Shown one piece after another: positions 47,777 to 56,730 of a DNA stretch of 64,000 bases. The stretch spans positions 1,064,141 to 1,128,140 of the forward strand of contig CAWFCZ010000018.1 in the NCBI GenBank assembly GCA_963814355.1. The letters are read 5' to 3'. Each line of letters begins with the position of its first letter. Position 1 is the stretch's first letter. This DNA is from an uncultured Actinomycetota bacterium. GTDB lineage: Bacteria > Actinomycetota > Actinomycetes > JADGOV01. The notes under the pieces were generated by a model. It was not told the origin of the DNA and did not search any database. It worked only from the letters and a program-made list of their open reading frames with translations. The translations under genes were made by a program, and so were the position numbers.

Positions 47777-47935
47777 TCAGCGCCGGCGCAGGCGCTTGAA
47801 CAGTGACGTGGGCTCCGGACGGACGCAGGTGCACCGCTCATGGGGTGGAACGCGAGCCATGACCGAATCGACGTGGTCCCCACAGCCACGCCAGGTCGTC
47901 TTCCCGCACCCGGAGCACTTCGCCGGCGAACACAT
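47777..47935 (-). CDS. 52-aa cysteine-rich small protein
   Basis: GGAGG SD; MCSPAKCSGCGKTTWRGCGDHVDSVMARVPPHERCTC... Confidence 0.75.
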   Translation of the reverse strand: MCSPAKCSGCGKTTWRGCGDHVDSVMARVPPHERCTCVRPEPTSLFKRLRRR

Positions 47936-48025
47936 CAGAGGCCTCCAGCCCTCGAAAGAGCAACCGGCTGCGTCACGTCGGCATTGTGCATGTGTCGTCC
48001 TCTCGGTGTTCACAGACTCGCTTAG

Positions 48026-48045
48026 GTGATACCCATGGGTATCAC
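48026..48045. promoter_or_regulatory. CsoR-family operator 3: perfect 20-bp palindrome GTGATACCCATGGGTATCAC
   Basis: Directly visible; same half-sites with a 2-bp spacer. Confidence 0.7.
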
Positions 48046-48100
48046 AGAGCCAAGGCGTCTCGCCTCGGTCGGGCCGGGTACCTCCCTGCCATCCTGAACT

Positions 48101-48116
48101 ATACCCTCTAGGGTAT
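48101..48116. promoter_or_regulatory. CsoR-family operator 4 (ATACCC-TCTA-GGGTAT)
   Basis: Dyad upstream of DUF302 gene. Confidence 0.8.
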
Positions 48117-48190
48117 GCTCGGGTTTCCGGCCGTTCGCATGCGGGCCAGTCTGCCCCGTCCGCTTCGCGCCCCGGAAACAGGAGGCAACG

Positions 48191-48601
48191 ATGGCAAGCT
48201 ACGGAATCAGCGTCACCCTGAACGGCGAATTCACCGAGACCGTCGACCGTACCCGGGCCGCGCTGGCCGAGGCGGGGTTCGGCGTGCTCACCGAGATCGA
48301 CGTCGCGGCGACGATGAAGGACAAACTCGACCACGACATGGCGCCGTACCTGATCCTCGGCGCCTGTAACCCGCCGCTGGCACACCGGGCCCTCGAAGCG
48401 GAACCATCGATCGGTCTCCTGCTCCCGTGCAATGTCGTGGTCCGCTCCGTTGACGACACGCATACCCGCGTGGAAGCGATGGATCCCGGCATCATGGTCA
48501 CTGTTACCGGCAACCCCGCCTTGACTTCAGTGGCCGAGGTGGCCCGAGCCGGCCTGGAGGGTGCACTCACCGACCTCACCGCGAAGGAGAGCGTGCGATG
48601 A
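48191..48601 (+). CDS. DUF302 domain protein
   Basis: GFGVLTEIDV, ILGACNP, IGLLLPCNVVV; AGGAGG SD. Confidence 0.9.
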   Translation: MASYGISVTLNGEFTETVDRTRAALAEAGFGVLTEIDVAATMKDKLDHDMAPYLILGACNPPLAHRALEAEPSIGLLLPCNVVVRSVDDTHTRVEAMDPGIMVTVTGNPALTSVAEVARAGLEGALTDLTAKESVR

Positions 48602-49011
48602 CTTCATCGATGACAGTGGGTCATCTCGGTGCCGACCGATTCACCATCGAGGTCCGCCGCCATTCCATCCTCGTCGACCAGCCGGTCGAAGACGGGGGCG
48701 AGGACTCCGCCCCGACGCCGACCGAGCTGTTCGTCGCGTCTCTGGCCAGCTGCGTGGCGTTCTACGCGCGTCGCTATCTTGCTCGGCACGGGGTTCCGAC
48801 CGACGGGCTCGGCGTGTCGATCGACTACGAGATGGGCGGCAAGCCGGCTCGTGTCAGCGACATCTCGATACGGGTCACTCCGCCGGACGAGTTGCCCCCC
48901 GAGCGACACAAGGCATTTCTTGCCGTCGCCTCACACTGCACGGTCCACAACACCCTGATGCAGCCGCCCGGGGTAGCCATCTCGCTGGACGTCGAAAGCG
49001 CCACGTCGTGA
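48598..49011 (+). CDS. OsmC family protein
   Basis: DQP...GG.D.APTPTEL..SLASC, CTVHNTL; ATGA overlap with DUF302. Confidence 0.88.
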   Translation: MTSSMTVGHLGADRFTIEVRRHSILVDQPVEDGGEDSAPTPTELFVASLASCVAFYARRYLARHGVPTDGLGVSIDYEMGGKPARVSDISIRVTPPDELPPERHKAFLAVASHCTVHNTLMQPPGVAISLDVESATS

Positions 49012-49517
49012 CGGTCGGAGCGCCTGAACCGTTCATCGCGCCACCGCGCGACCGTCGTAACGTCGCTTCAGACACAGCTACCAGCGTGAGCGGGCCATGT
49101 CTAACCTGCCGCTCCTGATGGCGGGCGAGGGCTCCGCCGCCGGCATGGCAAGCAACCGGTAGGCACTCCCCACGGTCACCTTTGTCCAGGTAGTCATGGC
49201 TTGGGCAGTAGTCTGGTTCCTCGCCCGGCGCACCGCGGCCACAGTAGGCCGGCCGACCCATTACCCCCAAAGTCCACGCTTCTTGCGGCCGTCAACCGCG
49301 CGTGACCTCGACGCGAAAGCCGGCTGCGCCGGACGGTCCGTTGCACAGCTAGCCGACGGAGTCCGGCGCTGGCGGCACACCCGCTCGCGACGTAAACGTG
49401 TCACCCACCCGCGGACTCAGCAGCGCCAAGAAATTTGGGCTTCCTCGCTGCGCAAACTGAACGCCGCTGTAAACCACTCGCTCCTGATCCCGGGCTGGCG
49501 CGACGGGCAGTCCGATC

Positions 49518-50354
49518 TCAGCCCTGCAAGTCCCGTCGCCGGAACGCCATCACCGCAGCCGACGCGACGACAACCGCGAGTACCGCCAGCACGAGCAGGT
49601 GGGTCCAGTCCGGGCCGTTGGCCAGCGGGTCACTGGCGTTGTAGTAGTACCACGGACTGATCTTGGCCCAGCCGGCCAGGCCGTCGGACAGCGGCAGGAA
49701 GGACGCGATGGCGAAGGACAGCCCGACCAGGCCGCCGCCGACCGCGACGCTGAGGCGGCGGTGCCCCGTCGTACCGCCGAGAAGAATCCCGACGAACCCG
49801 AAGAGAACTCCGAACAGGCTGACGTGCAGCCCGGCGGCGATCATCCCGGACATGCTCATGCCCATGTCCCCGATCAGATTGCCGAGGGTAAAGCCGACCG
49901 AGACCAGCGCTCCCACGATGACGACGTGCACAACCATCGCGGCGGCCTTGGCGAGCAGGAACGTGGTGCGGGAGACCGGGGCGCTCAGCACGAGGCCGAG
50001 CGTCTGGTCTTCCTCTTCCCCGGCGGTGGCCCGGACGGCCGAGATCAGGCCGACGACGGCGGCACCGCCCGGGGCCATGAAGGACAGCACCTCGGCATTG
50101 CCCCATCCGCTGGGGGTGGACATGTCCGCGCCGGCGAGAATCGTGGTGAAGGCGTCCGGAAGGGAGTCCGACAATTCGGTGAACGTGCCGTGCAACGAGG
50201 GCCACAGGGCGCCGACCATGATCGCGAGCATTGCGAGCAGACCACCCACCAAACTTGCCAGGATCGCCCGGTCTCGGATCGCCTTGCTGAGCAGTGTGGT
50301 GCTGGTAAGTGCGACCGACGGGGGCGCCGGTGATTCGACCCTGGTCACAGCCAC
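49518..50354 (-). CDS. ABC-2 type exporter permease
   Basis: AGEEE..TL.LVLSAPVSR, SPWYYY, FRRRDL; start approximate. Confidence 0.82.
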   Translation of the reverse strand: MAVTRVESPAPPSVALTSTTLLSKAIRDRAILASLVGGLLAMLAIMVGALWPSLHGTFTELSDSLPDAFTTILAGADMSTPSGWGNAEVLSFMAPGGAAVVGLISAVRATAGEEEDQTLGLVLSAPVSRTTFLLAKAAAMVVHVVIVGALVSVGFTLGNLIGDMGMSMSGMIAAGLHVSLFGVLFGFVGILLGGTTGHRRLSVAVGGGLVGLSFAIASFLPLSDGLAGWAKISPWYYYNASDPLANGPDWTHLLVLAVLAVVVASAAVMAFRRRDLQG

Positions 50355-50359
50355 CCGGA

Positions 50360-51136
50360 TCAGCCTCGCAGGTCGCGCCGCGGGAAGGTCCGGAACGCCA
50401 CCGCCACGGCGGCGGCGGCGACGCCGGCCATCACCAGCAGGTGCCAGGGGTCGATGCCTTCGCGTAGCGGGTCGGCACCCAGGTAGTAGTACCAGGGGCT
50501 CAGCCGGGCCCATCCGTCGAGGTTTGCCAACGGCAGCATTCCGTTGGCCAGGTAGGCAACGGCGGCCAGTAGGCCGCCGACCGCCGAGGCGGCCTCCGGT
50601 CGGCCGGTGGCGGCCCCCACCGCGAAGGCCACCGCGCCGAACATGACGGCGAGGAAGAACAAGTGCAGGCACGCTGCGGTGATGCCCAGCAGGTCGAGCC
50701 CGACGCGGAAGATCCGCGCCGCGAGGGTGATCCCGGCCCAGAACAGCACCATCACCGCGGCCAGGGCACCGAGCATCCCGGCGAGCTTCTCCGCCAGAAT
50801 CCGGGTTCGGGCGACGGGCTGGGCCGAGAGCAGCGACATCGTCCCCTTCGCCTCCTCTCCGGCGACGGCCGGGGCGCCGGTCACCACGGCATACGCAACC
50901 AACGCCAGCGGCGCGATCAGCGAGAACAGCTCGTTGACGACGTACCCGCCGGGGGCCCCGGTACCGATGAACGTGTTCATCGCCTCGGGGAAATGCGCGG
51001 ACAGGTCGGCCAGCGTCGTGCTCATCCCTTGGGTGATGCCGAGGGCGAAGACGGAGATGACGAACAGGAAGACACCGACCCCGAGCACCGGCCAGCGACG
51101 GTCCTTGATGTCCTTCGTGAGAATGTCAGTGGACAT
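50360..51136 (-). CDS. ABC-2 type exporter permease
   Basis: AGEE..GTM.LLSAQPVAR, SPWYYY, FPRRDL. Confidence 0.85.
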   Translation of the reverse strand: MSTDILTKDIKDRRWPVLGVGVFLFVISVFALGITQGMSTTLADLSAHFPEAMNTFIGTGAPGGYVVNELFSLIAPLALVAYAVVTGAPAVAGEEAKGTMSLLSAQPVARTRILAEKLAGMLGALAAVMVLFWAGITLAARIFRVGLDLLGITAACLHLFFLAVMFGAVAFAVGAATGRPEAASAVGGLLAAVAYLANGMLPLANLDGWARLSPWYYYLGADPLREGIDPWHLLVMAGVAAAAVAVAFRTFPRRDLRG

Positions 51137-52055
51137 GCGCCGCCTCGCTCCGGCGACCGGTCGGCGCCTGGTCGCGGTAGTAGGCGAGGAAGATTTCCTC
51201 CAGGTCGGACTCGCGGCTGTACAGGTTGAGAACCTCGTGCGCCATGGCCGCCTGGAGCAGCTTGTTCACCGAGCCCTCGAAGGACACCGAGGCGTGCCGG
51301 TCGTGGACCTCGGCGGACTTGACCCCGGACACCCCGGCGAAGGTGTCAGCCGGGACCGGCTCGGCGAACTCGAAGTCGATCCGGCGGATCGCCTTGCGCT
51401 TGAGCGAGTCCACCCGCTCCACGACCACCAGCTCGCCGTGCCGGATGATGCCGACCCGGTCGGCCACCCGCTCAACCTCGGACAGGGTGTGCGAGGACAG
51501 GAACACGGTGCGCCCCTGCTCCCGGACCTCCTCGACGAGCCTGTGGAACTCCTGCTGCACGAGTGGATCCAGGCCGGCGATGGGCTCGTCTAGAATGAGG
51601 AGCGCCGGATGGTGCATGAAGGCCTGGATGAGACCGATCTTCTGCCGGTTGCCGCTGGAATACTCACCGACCTTCTTGGACAGGTCGGCATTGAACCGCT
51701 CGGCCAGCTCCTCGATGTGACGCTGGTCGACCCCACCGCGGAGGTTGGCGAAGTAGCGCAGCGTCTGGTGGCCGGTCATCTTCGGATACAGGGCGAGGTC
51801 ACCGGGGATGTAGCCGACCAGCTGACGGATCTTCAGCGAATCGTGGTGCACGTCGTAGCCCAGCACCCGGGCGCTGCCCGCCGTCGGGTGGGCCTGGTCG
51901 AGCAGCATCTTGATCGTCGTGGACTTGCCGGCGCCGTTAGGTCCGAGGAAGCCGAAGACCTCACCGGTATGGACTTCCAGGTCCAGCTCCCGCACCGCGG
52001 TCAGGTCGCCGTACTGCTTGCTCAGCGTGCTGGTAGCAATCGCCGGCTCAGCCAT
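51126..52055 (-). CDS. ABC exporter ATP-binding protein
   Basis: GPNGAGKST, YSSGNRQK, LILDEP, SSH. Confidence 0.92.
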   Translation of the reverse strand: MAEPAIATSTLSKQYGDLTAVRELDLEVHTGEVFGFLGPNGAGKSTTIKMLLDQAHPTAGSARVLGYDVHHDSLKIRQLVGYIPGDLALYPKMTGHQTLRYFANLRGGVDQRHIEELAERFNADLSKKVGEYSSGNRQKIGLIQAFMHHPALLILDEPIAGLDPLVQQEFHRLVEEVREQGRTVFLSSHTLSEVERVADRVGIIRHGELVVVERVDSLKRKAIRRIDFEFAEPVPADTFAGVSGVKSAEVHDRHASVSFEGSVNKLLQAAMAHEVLNLYSRESDLEEIFLAYYRDQAPTGRRSEAAHVH

Positions 52056-52175
52056 CTCGAGGCCGCCTCTCTCGTCGAGCCGGACCGGAACCGGTCGCTC
52101 GGGCGCCGCCGAAGCGCCAACTCCTGCCTTCGGGCGCGTACCTGGAGGATATCGAGTCGGCGGCCCTATCAGGCT

Positions 52176-52220
52176 TCAGCACCTCAGCACCTCAGTACCC
52201 CAGTACCTCAGTACCTCAGT
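52176..52220. repeat. 8-bp tandem repeat (T/C)CAG(C/T)ACC, five copies plus a partial
   Basis: tcagcacc tcagcacc tcagtacc ccagtacc tcagtacc tcagt. Confidence 0.85.
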
Positions 52221-52458
52221 GGGCGGATCCCTGTCGGCGGCCGGGTCGGACAGGAGGTGAGCGACCCCCCAGAACCCGCACATGAGCTCCTGCCGGTACA
52301 CCGCACGGGCCGTGGTAGGTCGGCTGCCGCGGAACTCGGCGTCTGGCCGTCGTGGTGCACACCGCCAACGGTGCGACCTATCAGGGAGAGGGCTGCTGGC
52401 GGCCGACGCCGGCCGAGGTGCCCTGCAGCGGCCGGCCGCGACCTGTGGGATCTCCGGG

Positions 52459-53622
52459 TCAGGGTTCCGGCGTAAAGCCGCTGTGGTCACGGGGCCGCAC
52501 CGCCCCGAGCAGTGCTGCGTAGGAACGGACGAGCGCGGCCCGTTCCGGCCCAATCAGCGGGCTGGACAGGTCGGCTCCCTCCGCAACCCAACGATCCGAG
52601 AGGAGCATGGCCGCGGCTCGCTCGGCTGCGGCGGCCCGCACGTCCCCCACCGGCACGTCGTAGACGTGGGCGTACAGGGCCTGCAACGCGCGGATCAAGT
52701 CCTCTCCTGAGCTGGACGAGCCGTCGTCGCGGTGTTGCAGGTCCCGGTGCAGCCGCCACCAGTGGACCTCCAGTTCGGCGGCCCGGTCGACGTCGAAACG
52801 CTCCCGATGCTGCCGCGCGACCAACCGGTAGAACCGCCGCATGCATCGGCGGGCTTCCTCCGGGCGGTTGTCCGGGAACGGAGCCCAGTGCTGGTTGGCG
52901 CGCAGCACCCACCACGCCCCAAGCACCGTCCGTGGCCACGACAGCCGGAAGGCTTCCCGGACAATCCGTACGGCCGCAACGAGGAACGGGCCCCACTCTC
53001 GACGGTAATAGGTCACCCACGTGCGGCACTCCAGCAAGCCGACCCGCTCGGGGTCGAACGACCTCATGGGCGAGACTCCAGGCTGCCGCCCCGAGCCGCG
53101 GCGGAACGTCGGCGGCGGGGGAGGCGGGATCAGGCCACGTTGCACGGCGTCCGCGGCTCGGCGCCGGCGCAACTCCAGCCGCAGACTTTCCTCGCCACGG
53201 GCCATCGCCCACCGGTGATTCGCCGCGAACACCGGCCGGAACATCCAACTCAGCCGCTGCAGCAGCGCCTTGTTGGCCACCACCCGCCAGTGGTATGTGA
53301 TGATCACCTCCGGCCCGTCGGGCTGGAAGGTCCACCGGCCGGCGCCGTCGAGATCACCGGTCGCGCTGAGCGCGAAGCCGACGTCAGTGATCGGTTCGGT
53401 GATCTGCATCGTCCAGCGCAGGGTGTAGGGCAGCCAGCCCTTTGTGTACAGCAGCACCTCCCGACCGACGCCATCGACGTCTCCGGCCCGGGCGACGACC
53501 ACGTCCAGGTACACCGACGGCCACCATCGTGGCAGCGCCTGCGCGTCCCCGAGGACCGCCTTGACCTCGTCCAACGTGCCGGCGACCCGCCACACCGTCC
53601 GGAACTCGTATCCCGCGCTCAT
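52459..53622 (-). CDS. SRPBCC/polyketide-cyclase-like domain fused to a conserved hypothetical domain
   Basis: LPRWWPSVY, GWLPYTL, F.ANHRWAM; second half MRSFDP...W..YY. Confidence 0.7.
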   Translation of the reverse strand: MSAGYEFRTVWRVAGTLDEVKAVLGDAQALPRWWPSVYLDVVVARAGDVDGVGREVLLYTKGWLPYTLRWTMQITEPITDVGFALSATGDLDGAGRWTFQPDGPEVIITYHWRVVANKALLQRLSWMFRPVFAANHRWAMARGEESLRLELRRRRAADAVQRGLIPPPPPPTFRRGSGRQPGVSPMRSFDPERVGLLECRTWVTYYRREWGPFLVAAVRIVREAFRLSWPRTVLGAWWVLRANQHWAPFPDNRPEEARRCMRRFYRLVARQHRERFDVDRAAELEVHWWRLHRDLQHRDDGSSSSGEDLIRALQALYAHVYDVPVGDVRAAAAERAAAMLLSDRWVAEGADLSSPLIGPERAALVRSYAALLGAVRPRDHSGFTPEP

Positions 53623-53769
53623 CAGGCAGGCAGGCTACCGGCGGGCGACATTGCGTGGGGACGTGTACAGGTCGGGGCGATGTGGCAGCCGCCGGGAGCA
53701 ATCTCCGTCGCGGCCCGTGCTTGGCCGGTTATGCATGATGCTGTCTCCCGTGTCGCCGCGGTGCCTGCC

Positions 53770-53941
53770 GGGCAAGCTGTCCCGACCGTGCCTGCCGCGA
53801 CGGGGAGCTACGCGCCCGGATGGCCCAGTCGCTCGCGCCGAAGGGCGCGCGGGGGTGCTGGTCGCGCGGATGACCCTCGACCAGAAGATCGCGATGGTGC
53901 ACCGCGCGGGCAACGCGACGCGGGCACGATCGGTACGCTGA
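53770..53941 (+). pseudogene. Fragment resembling GH3 beta-glucosidase N-terminus
   Basis: RAGVLVARMTLDQKIAMVH followed by early stop. Confidence 0.35.
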
Positions 53942-54368
53942 CCCACCCCGAGCCGTTGGTCGTGGTGGCTGGTTGCAGCATTCACCCGCCGTGGACGTGC
54001 TGTTTGCTCGGGTGGATCGCGGTGCGCGCCGGTTCGGCGCGGGCGGCTCGCCGGGTGAAGGGATGGCCAAGACGCTGACCGTGCTGCGGCGCCTACGACC
54101 TCTCGTGTTGCTCGCCAAAGCAGAAGCTCTCCGAGGCCACGACAGTGCAATCGGGACCTGCCTCCAGGAGGACTCGTTCGCCCACCGGCGCCGACCACTG
54201 GCGACGACAAGGGCTGTGACAGGTGCCAGGTGGACGAACGGCTTGCGGTGACGGACGGGACGCCGCCTGCTGTGACGACCAAGATCGTCGTCTTCGCCGG
54301 TACCGGGATCCCTGACGGCCACGAGCTCCTTGGGTGGCCCGAGCCCGCGCCGATCCGAGGTCCGGCAC

Positions 54369-54932
54369 TCAGCGCCTGGTCTCGTACCTGGTCAGGAGCA
54401 CGCCGTCGGGAAACGTCCGGGTCTCCACCAGCGTCAGGTTCACCCAGTTGTCCAGGGCCGGGAAGAACGGCGTGCCTCCGCCCACCAGGACCGGGTGGGT
54501 GACGATCGCGTACTCGTCGATCAGCCCGGCCCGCATGGCCGCGGCGGCGAGGGTGGCGCCGCCGACGTCCATGGGGCCGCCATCCTCAGTCTTGATCCGG
54601 GTGATCTCGGTGACCGCGTCGCCGGTGACCAGGCGGGTGTTCCAGTCGACCGCGCTGGTCGTCGAGGAGAACACCACCTTCGGCATGTCCCGCCAGCGGC
54701 GGGCGAACTCGATCTGCGCCGGTGTGGCGCCAGGCTGCTGGTCGGCGGTCGGCCAGTAGGAGCTCATCGTCTCCCACAGTTTGCGCCCGTACAGCGCCAG
54801 GCCCGTCACCCCCACCCGGTCGGACCACCACTGGAACAGCTCGTCGCTCGGCACGCTCCATCCGAGGTCGTCGCCGGGCGCGGCGATGTAGCCGTCCAGG
54901 CTCAGGTTCATGCCAAAGGTCAGTTTCCGCAT
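54369..54932 (-). CDS. Dihydrofolate reductase/RibD C-terminal family protein
   Basis: SLDGYI, LYGRK, KVVFS, VGGATLA, GLIDEY, PVLVGGG; GGGAGG SD. Confidence 0.9.
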   Translation of the reverse strand: MRKLTFGMNLSLDGYIAAPGDDLGWSVPSDELFQWWSDRVGVTGLALYGRKLWETMSSYWPTADQQPGATPAQIEFARRWRDMPKVVFSSTTSAVDWNTRLVTGDAVTEITRIKTEDGGPMDVGGATLAAAAMRAGLIDEYAIVTHPVLVGGGTPFFPALDNWVNLTLVETRTFPDGVLLTRYETRR

Positions 54933-55039
54933 GGCGTCAGCCTCCCGCGAGTCGGTTTTCGGCGTACAGACCAACAACAACACGGCGCGTGAAATCTATC
55001 GGTCAGGCCACACCGAGGGCCGGGTACCACCGCGCCAAG

Positions 55040-55345
55040 CGGATGCTGCTTACGGAAAGGAACACTGTGTGGCCGCGCGACGGACCTGGGGATGCAGGGC
55101 TTCTGGAGCCAGATGTTGCACAACCCCGATGCATCAGCGACCGAGCGGGCGCACGCCCAGTGGGTGGACGCCGTGGACAAGGTCGTGTTCTCGACGACGT
55201 TACCGTCGGCGGACTGGACGAACTCCACGCTGGTGCGGGCCGATCTGGCGGAGGGCGGTGAAGGAGTTGACATTGCGGGACGGGCAGACCTTAGCGATCT
55301 ACGCCATCCGCGGCTGGTGCATTCCTTCCTCGCCGAGGCCTTCTG
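55040..55345 (+). pseudogene. Second DHFR/RibD-like gene fragment
   Basis: FW...DKVVFSTTL..ADWTNSTLV with frame breaks and no N-terminus. Confidence 0.55.
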
Positions 55346-55361
55346 CGCGGCGGTGCGACAA

Positions 55362-55690
55362 GTCGCACGCGGCGGTCGAAACGGCGTGGCGGCTGGAGTG
55401 GCCCATGCTGGTCGCTGGCTTGACCCGTCTGGTCGGCGACACCGACTTGGCCGAGGACCTGGCCCAGGAAGTACTGGTCGCTGCGTTGCAGCAGTGGCTG
55501 CGAGACGGCATCCCGCCACGCCCGGGTGCCTGGTTGACCGTGACCGCGAAGCATCGAGCAAGTTGATCGCCTGCGGCGAGACCGGCGGCTGGCAGACAGG
55601 CACGCGTTGCAACGCCTCGACGGCAACGTCCGCGAACGCGAGGTCACTCGGCGACATCCCCCGCGCTCGTCCGCGTTTTTGATCATCCGG
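55362..55690 (+). pseudogene. ECF sigma factor N-terminal fragment
   Basis: VETAWR.E..MLVAGLTRLVGD.DLAEDLAQE.LVAAL.QW..DGIP..PGAWL...AKHRA then stop at 55566. Confidence 0.65.
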
Positions 55691-56085
55691 TGATCGCCCA
55701 CAGCCGACTGCACAAGATCCGCAACGGTGCGGACAGGGCGGACCGCACGTTCTCGACCAGGTCGGCATCGACGACCTCCCCGGTGGCGGTGTCTCAGCCC
55801 GTCGGAGCCGAGCCAGTTCGCGTTCCAGGCGGCCCTCGGCCAGGGCGCGGGCAATCGTGTGCGCATCCGGAATTATCCGATCAATCGGGGGTATTCCCGT
55901 TGCTGCGAGCCCTCGGTGTCGGTTACGGGCACCAGCAGATGGAGCGCTGGTGGCTCCGCCCCACGCAAACCGGGTACGACCGTCCACGATCAGGGATCAT
56001 CGTAAATGGGCGTTTGCCTGGGACTTTTGGTTCTTCCGCGGTTACCGCGCACTGCACCATGATTGCGGCTGGAAAGGGGTGCACG

Positions 56086-56556
56086 ATGGACGGCAAGCGG
56101 ATCGTCGTAGGAGTCGATGGCTCGCAGGCGTCACGGGAAGCCCTGCGGTGGGCGCTGAACGAGGCGCGGGCCTGGGGCCCGGACCGCACTGTGCACCTGG
56201 TGCATGTGACGCCACTTCAGTATGTCGCCGCGCTGACCGGGGAGGCGATCGCCCCGCGCGAGGATCCGGCTTCGGTGGAGCGCGGTCGCCACATGCTCGA
56301 GGAGCTGGCCGCACAAGCGACGGCCGACGGTTACACCGATGTGCCGGTTACCACGCAGCAGCTCACCGGGAACGTGGCGGCAACCCTGCTCCGGGCCTCC
56401 CGTGACGCGGACCTGCTCGTGCTGGGTTCTCGGGGACACGGGGGTTTCGCCGGGTTGCCGCTCGGTTCCACCGCGCAGGCATGCGTGGCGCACGCTGGGT
56501 GTCCGGTTACCGTGGTACCGGCACCGGACGGAACCGGGACCGGTCAGCGACTGTGA
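56086..56556 (+). CDS. Universal stress protein
   Basis: IVVGVDGS, DLLVLGSRGHGG, LGS...HAGCPVTVV. Confidence 0.92.
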   Translation: MDGKRIVVGVDGSQASREALRWALNEARAWGPDRTVHLVHVTPLQYVAALTGEAIAPREDPASVERGRHMLEELAAQATADGYTDVPVTTQQLTGNVAATLLRASRDADLLVLGSRGHGGFAGLPLGSTAQACVAHAGCPVTVVPAPDGTGTGQRL

Positions 56557-56730
56557 CACAGACGCGAACCACGCTGTAAGGGAGTCCTCCACCAAGGAGG
56601 CGGAGGGCGTCGGCCCACCCTCGGCGATGTGCAGGTCCGTTGGGCATGCCGCGCGGATGGTCACCAGCGGGACCTCGTCGATCGCACCCGACCGTATCGA
56701 CACCATGGTCCACTCGCTCGTGGCGAGTGC

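Noticed and set aside
56580-56625. CCTCC-ACCAA-GGAGG hairpin as terminator between usp and thrC
   Set aside because: Stem is short and lacks a U-tract; insufficient support
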